A DNA stretch of 64,000 nucleotides, taken from positions 90,049-154,048 of IMG/VR virus record IMGVR_UViG_3300021420_000016. The stretch is one strand, 5' to 3'. Source of the DNA: a virus. Under the pieces are notes generated by a model that was not told the DNA's origin, searched no databases, and saw nothing but the letters and a program-made list of their open reading frames with translations. The translations under genes were made by a program, and so were the position numbers. Within the stretch, counting starts at the first letter, position 1, and every line of letters begins with the position of its first letter. Below, piece by piece: positions 53,523 through 62,575 of the stretch.

Positions 53523-53831
53523 GTCCGGCGCTCCCTTCGCCTCGGTCCTGCTATATCGTGATGATATCATGCCCATGCGTGGCACGCTACCGGCTAGGCC
53601 AGTTCCGGCCGTCCCCTCTGAATAATCGTTCCGTCATCGCTGGTCCAGATGGGATTGACGCTGATCTCACGCCCAGCCGCATCCCTGAAAATCGCGGCAG
53701 CCATCGGGTCACCCCCGCCGCTCTCCACCGTGCACGTGTAGCGGGCCATGTCCAGTCCATACGCGGCCAAGTCGGCGCGTAGCTGTTTCTCGATCATGCG
53801 ATGCAGCGCAGCACCAGAGACCGCGCGCCGG

Positions 53832-54104
53832 TTACCGGCCGTCACGGCGACTACCGTCTTCCCAGTAACGATGTTTGGACGTCTCAGCCCGCGAAGGATG
53901 CCTAGCGGCGGCGAACGCTTCCCATTCGGGGCGCCGCTCAGCGGTCCATCCCCAGTCTTCCCCGCCTGACCTAGAAAAAAGCACGACATCCGGAATCGGG
54001 AAGTCATCGCGGCGGGCAAGCCAGTTAGACACAGCCGCACCTGTTACCCCGGTCCACTCGGCAACCACGCTTTGCCCGTAGGCAACCATAGGTCGATCTG
54101 TCAT
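53832..54104 (-). CDS. HTH DNA-binding protein (candidate array regulator)
   Basis: YGQSVVAEWTGVTGAAVSNWLARRDDFP.P..W. Confidence 0.7.
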   Translation of the reverse strand: MTDRPMVAYGQSVVAEWTGVTGAAVSNWLARRDDFPIPDVVLFSRSGGEDWGWTAERRPEWEAFAAARHPSRAETSKHRYWEDGSRRDGR

Positions 54105-55094
54105 CGCCTTTACCTGCCCTCCCGCGCTAGCCGCGCGTCTCGCTGCTGGTCGTTCTCCACCTGGAGGACGTAACCGCTCCCGTCGTTCATAGGCGCGCGG
54201 TAAACCCTCTTGCCCACGTCCCCCGGCAAGATCCGCCCCATGAAGTCGCCCACGGACCAGGCGCGGCCGAACGCATACAGAGGCGCCCGCCCCACGTCGC
54301 CCTCCATGAGGGTGTAAAATGCCGTGGCGCCTTCGCGGTAGGCAACCTCGCGCACGTTGACACCCCCGTCCGCTTGGTATATGTCGATAGCCAAATGGCC
54401 ATCCTCGGTGGTCCTGAACGCCACTAGGCAGCCGCCTGCGGCTGATGACACTTCCACGATGCGCTCATTTGGCCCGGCGTAGTTATTCGCCACGCACCGC
54501 GTTTCCACACTTGGCTTACGTCCTCTTGCCATTGCTCCAAGCCCCTTCGCCCTTATCTGATTTAGCCCGCCCCTCCCGGGCTAGTGCCGTACCGCGTCCC
54601 GGCCAGCGTGCACGGGAAGCCGGCGGCCCCCGTCGTAACGCTGGATCACTTCAACACAGTTATCGCCCCACGCCCGAATGCCACCCTCTCGCACCAGCTC
54701 GATGATCTCGGCCGCCTTGGAGTCGTAGCAGGGCCGGCACATGTTCGTAACGTGGCGGCGCTGCTCACCCCCCGGGGCGGTAACCCATTTGATCAGGAAC
54801 CGGCCGACCGCGGCCGGCGGGCTGGCGTCGTGCCCTTTGCCGGCGTAAAGCTCGCATACTGGCGTGCTCATCGTGCCCCGCCTCCTGTCTCGCCGGCTTG
54901 GCGCCGGTCTAGTTGCGCGTTGAGTACGTGCTGAATCCCGCGAGAGTAGGCGGCCAGGAAGTCATAGCGGTCAGACCAGGCCGGTTCCTCCGCGGGTGTC
55001 TCATGGGACGCCACGACGGCCGGTTTACCGGCTAGGACGTCGCGGGCATCCTGGCATCCGGCCGCGAATCCGCGCGGGAAAATATCGGTCATGG

Positions 55095-55769
55095 CTAGGC
55101 ACTCTCGCCCGCGGTGGCCGGGTGCAGCGGGCAGGCGCCGGCGTGCTCGACCTGGCCGCTACGGTGGTTGAGGGTGCCGGTGCACTTCGGTTCATGGGTA
55201 AGAGACTCGGCTACCTGCTTAGCCTCGTCTTCGGCTTCGCTGTAGCCGTAGATCCCCCAGCACGCCTCAACCTCTTCCCCGTCGATGGGGTCGGTGATCG
55301 TGTAGCCGTAAACCTCCCCGTTCACGTACTGCCCGTACGTCTCGACATCGCCGGTAATCAGCCGGTATGCCTGCTCCCGGTCTGCCTCGCTCCCCGTCCA
55401 GGGCTGGCCTTGCGTGTCCGCCCAAATCTGCGGGGTCACATACGCTAGCCCGGCCTGGCCCGAATCCCAGTCCCCCGGATCGCAGTCTGAGAAGTCCCGG
55501 CCGGCGCGCAGTGCAATGCCGGAATGGTCGATCATGTAAACCGGCGCGACGACTAGCGCACCCTCAGCGGTCGTCAGGTGCTCTGCGATCTCGGCCCACC
55601 CGCCGAAGTCGTCAAAGTTGACCCCGGCATCGTTGGGGAAGTCCCAGCTCCGGGCGGCCATGACCAGCCCGCAACCGGGCGAGTCGTCGTCGCGGGGGGA
55701 TGAGGCGTCCTCATCCGGGAAGATCTCGACGGTAAAGCCGTTAACCTCGCTTGTGCTGATCGGTTGCAT
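55095..55769 (-). CDS. Acidic conserved phage protein
   Basis: D.DA.SPRD, PVYMIDHSG, WDSGQ.G, ETY.QY..GEVYGY, CWG.YG. Confidence 0.7.
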   Translation of the reverse strand: MQPISTSEVNGFTVEIFPDEDASSPRDDDSPGCGLVMAARSWDFPNDAGVNFDDFGGWAEIAEHLTTAEGALVVAPVYMIDHSGIALRAGRDFSDCDPGDWDSGQAGLAYVTPQIWADTQGQPWTGSEADREQAYRLITGDVETYGQYVNGEVYGYTITDPIDGEEVEACWGIYGYSEAEDEAKQVAESLTHEPKCTGTLNHRSGQVEHAGACPLHPATAGESA

Positions 55770-56077
55770 GTGCCCGTGTCCCTTCGCCTTAGTCGCCTTA
55801 GCGGACGCTGCACCGCGCGGATAGCGGGGGATACCCGCGCGGTCCCGTGCTCGCTAGGGCTCGATCCGCTCGGCGTGAATGTCGGTGTTCAGCACGCCGA
55901 GCGGATCTATGATCTGCCGCGCAAGGCGCACCGCGTGACCCTCATCGGTGATGCCTTGCACGTCGGCGTCAAGGTAGAAGACTGGCACCTGAACCGAGCC
56001 GCGCCAGTGAACGTCGTGCCCATGTTCGTAGGTGCGCACCTGCGCGGTAATCGCGTACATCATGATTGCTCCCGCTC

Positions 56078-56707
56078 CTAGGAGTGCCGGCCGTCCGCCT
56101 CGCAGCCGATTTGACCGCACCCGCCGCAAAAGTCGCCATCACTGATCGGGGTGAGGTCGGACACGTCGACGTCTTCGGGCCGGTCGTCACCGATCATGAC
56201 CGCGGTGACCATCCCGTCGACCGCATCGGTGCTCACGATCCGCCACGCCACGCCGGGGGAGTCGGCCACGGCATAGGCGGAATCCATGTCCAGCCCGTGA
56301 GGCTGCACGTGCGAGCGCGCTTCACGCTCCACCTCGGCCCAGAATGCGCCCGATGCCGCATCCATGTAGGCCAGCTCCGCATCGTTCAGCCCGGACTCAT
56401 CCGGGTCGGCGTCCTCATCGATGTCAAGATCTGCGGCCAGGTCACGCGACGTGTAATCGCCGCTGTACTCGCCCGACAGGTCGGGAGTCCGGTAGGCGTC
56501 CATGATTTCCGGGTCACCCGCCTCGATGCCGCGGAGGACTCGCCGGTATGTCTCGCCGGCCGTGTTCCCGTCGAACACCCACCCGGCCGCGCTCTTGCCC
56601 GCTTCCGCGCCGAGTTGCCGCGCGTGCTCTAGCGTGCCCTCGGTGTAGTCCGGCTCCCGCGAGATATCGACGTCATAGCTTGCCGGCATCCGTGGCGTGT
56701 CACTCAT
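56078..56707 (-). CDS. Very acidic protein (DNA mimic candidate)
   Basis: D/E-rich; C-terminal FCGGCGQIGC. Confidence 0.6.
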   Translation of the reverse strand: MSDTPRMPASYDVDISREPDYTEGTLEHARQLGAEAGKSAAGWVFDGNTAGETYRRVLRGIEAGDPEIMDAYRTPDLSGEYSGDYTSRDLAADLDIDEDADPDESGLNDAELAYMDAASGAFWAEVEREARSHVQPHGLDMDSAYAVADSPGVAWRIVSTDAVDGMVTAVMIGDDRPEDVDVSDLTPISDGDFCGGCGQIGCEADGRHS

Positions 56708-56784
56708 GTCCGTTAGTCCCTTCGCCTTTAGGTTCTAGCTGGTATCGGAACGTACGGGCGGGCCGGCCGCACGCTCCGGGCCGG

Positions 56785-56940
56785 CTAGTAGGTGAGGCTG
56801 CCGTTGCCGACGCCGGCGCGGAGTTGCGCCTTGTCAGTCTCGGTCAGGCCGGCCCACTCGCGCTTGAAATCGGCCAGCCGGTACCCGTCGACCTTGATCG
56901 CGCTGTAAACCTCGCCCATGGTGGCCGCGTCGTTCGCCAT
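56785..56940 (-). CDS. 51-aa protein (not in ORF track)
   Basis: MANDAATMGEVYSAIKVDGYRLADFKREWAGLTETDKAQLRAGVGNGSLTY, preceded by the 10-mer and a promoter. Confidence 0.8.
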   Translation of the reverse strand: MANDAATMGEVYSAIKVDGYRLADFKREWAGLTETDKAQLRAGVGNGSLTY

Positions 56941-58800
56941 TGCCCTGCTGTCCCTTCGCCTAGGTTGAACTATGCTGCCATGATATCACGCCGATATGAC
57001 AGAACGCGAGGGTTCGCGCCGGTCAGTCTGCCGTGCCCGTCTCGGCCGGCATCCTGGCAAAACTCAGATACATGGTGGAGTAAATGACCTCGCTTCCGGT
57101 GTAGTCATTCCATCCCTCGCGGTTATCAACCGAGATAGCCGCAAGATGCCCGTACTCAGTGATGGCACCCATAGCCGGCTCATACTCGGCGGGCAGGTCC
57201 GTACTGTCGTCAAGGTCAATGCAGTACGCATCAGCGAAGACGCGCCACTGCTCACGGGTGAGGATGCCGGCCCACTTGCGATGCATGCCCGCGTTCGGGC
57301 AGGTGCATTCATCCTCACATTGACAGTCCCGGTCCGCATACGGCAGATAGCGCGGGCTACTGCCCTCTTTCACCAAATACCCGAAGTCGTATTGTTCGTC
57401 CCCTTCGGTTTGAGTGAATGCCTCAGTTATTGCCGTGATCGTTTCGTCAGGCCGGCGGCCCGCGGGCACGTGACGCGCCGGCGACATGCTCTCGATAAAC
57501 CCCGGGTAGTCGGTCACCACGTCAGCGTCATAGATCACGTAAACGTGAGTCCAGCCGGGAAACTCCGCGTCACCCATTACCATCAAGTCCCTTCACCTTG
57601 CCCTAGCTAGTCCTAGGGACTAGCGGCCCGCCACACTCGGCGCATGGTTGGCCGCTGGCCCATAGGCCGGTTAGCTCTTGTCGTCCTCAACCCAGAACGT
57701 CACCGCATCACGGTTCCCGCCTAGGGTGCTGCCACACGTAGCGCATGCGGACCAGGAAAACCCCAGGTCTTCACATTCGCAATCGTCCGCGATTTGCAGC
57801 TCATGAAACGTCACGGATGCTACCTCGGTAGCCGGCCCGCATCCGTGCTGCCACCGCGCGTCGTCCGCGTCGTCCGCGTCGTATTCGTACTCTGCGCCGG
57901 CCACGTCGGTAACAGTGCAGTTGGCAGCGCACCCGTGGTACTGCGCCAGCATGCCTAGAGTGACCTCGCACCCTTCGGTGATGCGGTTAAACCGCGCTAT
58001 GAAGTCCCGCCGCTGTTCACCGGTCCATTCCGGGTCCGTCTCACCGTTAGCCAGCCACATAAGGCAATCGGTACAGCACCCGTCCGGCGCGTTCCCTGTC
58101 AGTGTGCGTCCCATGATCGTTACCCCTTCGCCTAAGATGCTCCTATGATATCACGCCGATATGGTGCTAGGGAGTGTTTTCCCCGGTAGCCTCACGGCAT
58201 GCGGTCACGCGCGATTGATCCGGTAACGGAACGCCGAACGTGCCAGAAACCCCGGAGTTTCACTGTAGGACTGAGCTATAAGCGTGAGAGTCACGCCGTG
58301 TTCCGCCTGGTATGCTTTGCGCGCCGCGTTGATCTGCGCCGCGCGTGAACGCCGGCCGGCCGTGTCGTCCGCGTTGATCCACACATAGTCGCCTATGGCC
58401 TGCGGATTGTCGTTGTATGCGGTCACGTCTCTGCCCCTTCGCTTAGCAGTAGGACGTTGCCAGGGTGACCTGCTCACCGTCATCAGACATGCGTATCAGG
58501 ACACCGGAAAAGAAACTGTCATTGTGTATGCCGTGCCAGCCTGCCCGCGCAAAATCGCCGCCGGGCTCGACACGCCTAAACTGATCTAGGGAGTACAGCT
58601 CACCGCGGAAACGCACGAACGTAGCGGAATCCGCGCCGGCGTCGATCTTCGCCCAGTCCAGGTAGTCAAAATCGTCGCGTTCCGCCGGCGTTAGCTCACT
58701 GGGGTCGACAGTGAACCGTGGCACGTTGTTAGTCCGTATCGTGACCCTGCCGTCACTCATGGCCTGGTATCCCTTCGCCTAGTGGATGATCTGTCCTAGT

Positions 58801-58849
58801 GCCTGCCGTGACTCCGAGGTCACGCCGTGCCGGTCCCTACCGGGCAGGC
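58801..58849 (-). ncRNA. Structured leader, three-way junction, copy 1
   Basis: P1 gcctgc/gcaggc, P2 cgtgac/gtcacg, P3 ccggt/accgg. Confidence 0.55.
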
Positions 58850-59271
58850 TTGTTGACTCAGCTAGAACACCGGCCGGCGGGGTCACATCCAACATAGATA
58901 GTCGGGTGTGTGGCCTGGGCATCGTAGCCACCGATCCAGCCGGCGAACCATCCCGCGGGCAGATCGAACGCCGGCGCATAGTGCGCGGGATTGTAGGCCA
59001 CGTGGAAACGCTCGCACAGTGCCGACAGTGCCGAAGTCTGCGCCGGCGTCATAGCCGGCGAGAGTGTCACCGTGCCGACATCCCAAGCGCCGGAATGCCC
59101 GCGCCGGCTACCGGCGCCGGGGATGACGCGCGCAATGCTGCCATCGGCGAACAGTTCCGTAACCGTGCCGAACCATTCCCCGATTTCTGAATTGTCCACC
59201 CTAACGTACTGCCCTACCTGAAACCCTCGCATGACTGCCGCCCCTTCGCCTAGTGCGTGATCTTGCGTAGT

Positions 59272-59318
59272 GCCTGCTATGGCTATGACGCCATACCGGC
59301 CGACTGCGCCGGGCAGGC
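59272..59318 (-). ncRNA. Structured leader, three-way junction, copy 2
   Basis: P1 gcctgc/gcaggc, P2 tatggc/gccata, P3 ccggc/gccgg; same 30-nt offset from the 10-mer. Confidence 0.55.
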
Positions 59319-60595
59319 TGGCCTAGCTACGCCGGTTCGGTATCCAGCCAAACCCCGTCACGGTGCAGGTACAGCGGAGTGACCTTAAAGTGATACGCGC
59401 GCCGTGGTCCGAGCATCCAGCTTGACATGTCGACCGGCCGGCCGTTATCCGGCCGCGCGCCACGGGACAACGGGAAGGCATGCCAGAGCACATACGGGCC
59501 TGTAGCGCCAAAGCGAAACTCACCGTCGCGCCGCTGGTCCGTGTCGTAAGGATTCCAGCCTGCACAGTAGTGCGGCACTACAGCCTGCCCGTCGTCAAAC
59601 AAAGCTATGGCCTTGACCGCGTTGCCCAGTGGCAGAGCTGATGCGTCATCGCACGGCATGTAGATGCCGGCCGTAGGGTACTCGGCGCGGGAACCGTCCC
59701 CCCGGACCAGGGTGCCGCTGTACATCACAGCATGACCGCCGGCGTACTCGCGGGTCGGCTCGTGATTGTCCAGAGCCGTGCGCCAGTGGATCACTTGCAC
59801 GTCGTAATTGTGCAGGCTGGCCTGCTCCGCGTACTGTGCACAGTCTGCCCGCATGTCTTCGTAGGAGCGGAATTCTTGCCTTGCCATCGCCGATCGTTTC
59901 CCTTCGCCTAGTTCGGTTCGGTTCGTATGTCTCCCGGCAATGCCAGCGTGATCGGTCCGGCTGGCACTCCCGGGAGTCATGCGGCCTACAGCCGGACTGC
60001 GCTGATATGGATAACCGGCGCCGGCCGGAGCGTTCGCACGTATCGTCATGGGTGGTCCCTTCGCCTGCTGACCTGCTAGAATGTGTTGTGTCGCTAGGGT
60101 TTGCCGTTAAGCAGCCAGCCGTGCCGGCCACCGTCCCATGTGAACGTGATGCCGTCACGCTTGATAACCGGCGCATGGCCGTAGCGGCTCGCGTGAAACA
60201 CGGGGTCGACGGTGGCCAGCATGCCGCAGGTCACGCACCGTTGCGCGAACCTGCGGAGGTCGGCCAGCTCCGCGTGAGTGATCTCACCGTAAGTGTCGTT
60301 CTGCGGCATTGCCGGCTACCTCGCCGGCCGGCACTTGGGCATGTGCGGGCAGGTAGTGACCCGGGAGCAGTCATCCCGTGGGGGAAGGCTGCCCGCCGTC
60401 CACTGATCGAACGTGGCAGGGTAGGCCTGCCCGTTGTGCTGGCCGACGTACACACACTCGGCGTAACCGGCAGTGCAGTGGCAACGCGACTCGCACGCGG
60501 CACAGTCGTAGAGCCTGCCGGGCTCATGCGGATAGTCCGCGTGCGCCGGCTCGCTGGTCTTGGTCATGCCCGCTACCTCCCTGGTAGTGATTCAA

Positions 60596-60932
60596 GGATT
60601 CCAGAATACCACGCTTGCAAGGATTCCGGAATCCCCCTATCATGCGATCATGGGACGGACACGCAGCGAAGACGGACGCCGTAACAACGTGTCCGCCAAA
60701 CTGAGTGACTCGGAGCTGGCGTCCGTCAACAGTGCCCGCGGGAACATGCCAGCAGGCCAGTGGGTGCGAGGCGTCATCCTTGCAGCACTCCCAGGGGATG
60801 CCGCAGAACGCGCGCCGGCCACACCACGGGCGAGGCGTACCAGGCCAGCCAAGCGGGATACCGGAATCCTTGATACAGCCACAGACAAGGATTCCGGAAT
60901 CCCCCATACACCTAACAGGGATACCGGAATCC
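60596..60932. repeat. Five 14-bp palindromes GGATWCCGGAATCC
   Basis: 60596 (degenerate), 60621, 60856, 60889, 60919. Confidence 0.9.
60615..60643 (+). promoter_or_regulatory. Promoter with palindromic operator in the spacer; leaderless start
   Basis: TTGCAA-ggattccggaatccccc(17)-TATCAT-6 nt-ATG. Confidence 0.8.
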
Positions 60933-61003
60933 CGGAGTGCCCGCACCCCAAAGCAAGAGTCATCCGCGGATACTGCGGAGCATGCGGACAGCCAGCCAGC
61001 TAG
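60650..61003 (+). CDS. Ribbon-helix-helix type DNA-binding protein
   Basis: RRNNVSAKLSDSELASVNSARGNMPAGQWVRGVILAAL; C-terminal CPH..YCGACG. Confidence 0.7.
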   Translation: MGRTRSEDGRRNNVSAKLSDSELASVNSARGNMPAGQWVRGVILAALPGDAAERAPATPRARRTRPAKRDTGILDTATDKDSGIPHTPNRDTGIPECPHPKARVIRGYCGACGQPAS

Positions 61004-61014
61004 GGTCACCCGGC

Positions 61015-61115
61015 TAGTCACACCGTGACTACTCGCCACGGTGACCGGCCTCAGCCGATCACCCACTCGGCTAGTCACACTGAAACTAGCCCGGCCACTA
61101 GTCACACTGTGACTA
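61015..61115. repeat. Three 17-bp palindromes TAGTCAC-N3-GTGACTA
   Basis: 61015, 61072 (right arm degenerate), 61099. Confidence 0.85.
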
Positions 61116-61141
61116 CTCACAGACCTCCGACCGGCGGACCC

Positions 61142-61276
61142 TTACTCACGCTGGCCTAGGCGGTCGGCTAGGCAGATCTCGACATGGCCGAAGCCTTCAC
61201 AGCGCGGGCATGGCTTGCCGGTCGGCGTTTCTGCTTTGCCGTGACAGGCAGGACATAGGGCTACGTCGTAAAGCAT
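61142..61276 (-). CDS. 44-aa DnaJ-type zinc-finger peptide (not in ORF track)
   Basis: MLYDVALCPACHGKAETPTGKPCPRCEGFGHVEICLADRLGQRE. Confidence 0.7.
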   Translation of the reverse strand: MLYDVALCPACHGKAETPTGKPCPRCEGFGHVEICLADRLGQRE

Positions 61277-62513
61277 TGGCTAGACCAGCTTTACCAAGAG
61301 GTCACCGCGGGAACCTTTGGCCTTCAATGTGGTGATGTAGGAACGCCTAAGCCAGTCGGTACTCACGCCGAACAGATCAAGGTCACCACCGGCCATAGTC
61401 TCAAGATGCGCCATGAAAGCATCCATGCCATGATCGGCAATGTACAACATCGCATCCGTGCGGCCGATGATCAGGTCATAGCGGAGTTGTTGGGTAAGCA
61501 TTGCGTGTCCCTTCGCCTGTGCGCGCGTCTCGCGCGTCTATCCCTATCCAGTCGCATGCGTAGCCTTCGCTGGCATCGTTGCCCGTGCACGCTACGGTGC
61601 GCTGCCCGTGCCCGTTCCGGCCGGCCTTACGGATGCGCCGGCCGCAGTCTGGGCATGACTGCCCGGCCATGCCCACGGGTATGGCCGGGCAGTGAACGGG
61701 TGACCTAGGCACGCGCGTCCGTGCCAACGTCGGCTATGTAGCCTGCCAGCGTGGATGTCAGACGGTCCGGTCCCCAGAGACGTTCCGCGAGAGTCCAGCA
61801 CCCGTCACAGATCAGGCCATGTTCGCCGGTCTGCGCATGGCCGACACAATCGCGGTGCAGTTGGCTCTTGTCCGCCCCCGATTTGGGCGCGAACGCATGC
61901 CCGTGCCGACCGATAGGGTCACCCGGGTGATGTGCGGCACGGTTACACGTGGCGCACCGGTCGGCCGGTAGCAAAGTACTGAACGCCGGGCCGCGCGTGT
62001 CGTCACCGTTGGCGTAGTCGGCCATGATGCTGGCCACGGTGCGCTCCAGTCGGCCGGCCACGGTGCGAGCCGTAGGCATGGCGTGGACGTCCGCCTTCGT
62101 GCGGAGGTCGGCGATAGCGTCGCTCAGTTCATCCACGGTGCGCTCCAGTGCAGCGCGCAAGTTGTCGGTATAGGCACGGCGGTACATAGGTGATCCCTTC
62201 GCCTAGGTTGCGTCCGTATGGACTAGGGGTGCCCCGTCCCGTGCTGGCACGGTTCACCCGTGGCCCATACGGGCTAGTCGGACGATTCGGAGTGGTCGTA
62301 AAACACGATGGGGCGGACGGGGTGACCGTTGCTGTAGAACCGCCCGGTCTCGGTCAGGCGGTAGCGGTACCCGCCGCAGTCCGGTATGGCAATGGGTCCG
62401 ATGACCTCGGTCACGATGCCGCGGTAGGCGGTACCCATGGTGACGCACTGACCGACGATCACGTCACCGATCTTGGCGTCCGGCGTCCTGGTGGTGCTCC
62501 GCAGAGTGCTCAT

Positions 62514-62575
62514 ACACACATGATAATGCATCTTATCGTGTGTGCATAGGCAGTTAGCTCTGATATCATGACGGT
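62514..62575. promoter_or_regulatory. Divergent leaderless promoters at the head of the array
   Basis: Minus strand TATCAT (62525-62520) 6 nt before ATG 62513; plus strand TGATATCAT (62561-62569) 6 nt before ATG 62576. Confidence 0.7.

Larger units (their letters stand above)
44053..58163 (-). promoter_or_regulatory. Six TGATATCAT extended -10 promoters overlapped by ATATC-N5-GATAT inverted repeats
   Basis: 44053, 48841, 50308, 53553 (atatcRYgatgatatca) and 56980, 58145 (atgatatcacgccgatatg); each just upstream of an AGGCGAAGGG. Confidence 0.8.
44032..62204 (-). promoter_or_regulatory. Start-associated 10-mer AGGCGAAGGG, 20 copies in this span
   Basis: + strand ccctt(c)gcct at 44032, 44986, 47122, 48827, 50297, 53533, 55780, 56718, 56952, 58124, 58771, 59242, 59900, 60057, 61509, 62195; 1-nt variants at 52058, 54543, 57589, 58435; each 7-12 nt from a start codon. 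Confidence 0.95.
39936..62513 (-). other. Array of about 55 small co-oriented hypothetical ORFs (early/host-takeover type region)
   Basis: Contiguous ORFs mostly 45-220 aa on the minus strand, many acidic or Cys-rich, with shared leader motifs. Confidence 0.85.

Noticed and set aside
58801-59318. Hammerhead ribozyme
   Set aside because: Three-stem shape fits, but CUGAnGA and GAAA core motifs are absent on both strands
60524-61120. 198-aa minus-strand ORF over the palindrome arrays
   Set aside because: Low-complexity translation of repeats, antisense to the better-supported RHH gene
44032-62204. 10-mer repeats as a CRISPR array
   Set aside because: Repeats are only 10 bp, spacing is irregular (150-2100 bp) and contains whole genes; no cas operon
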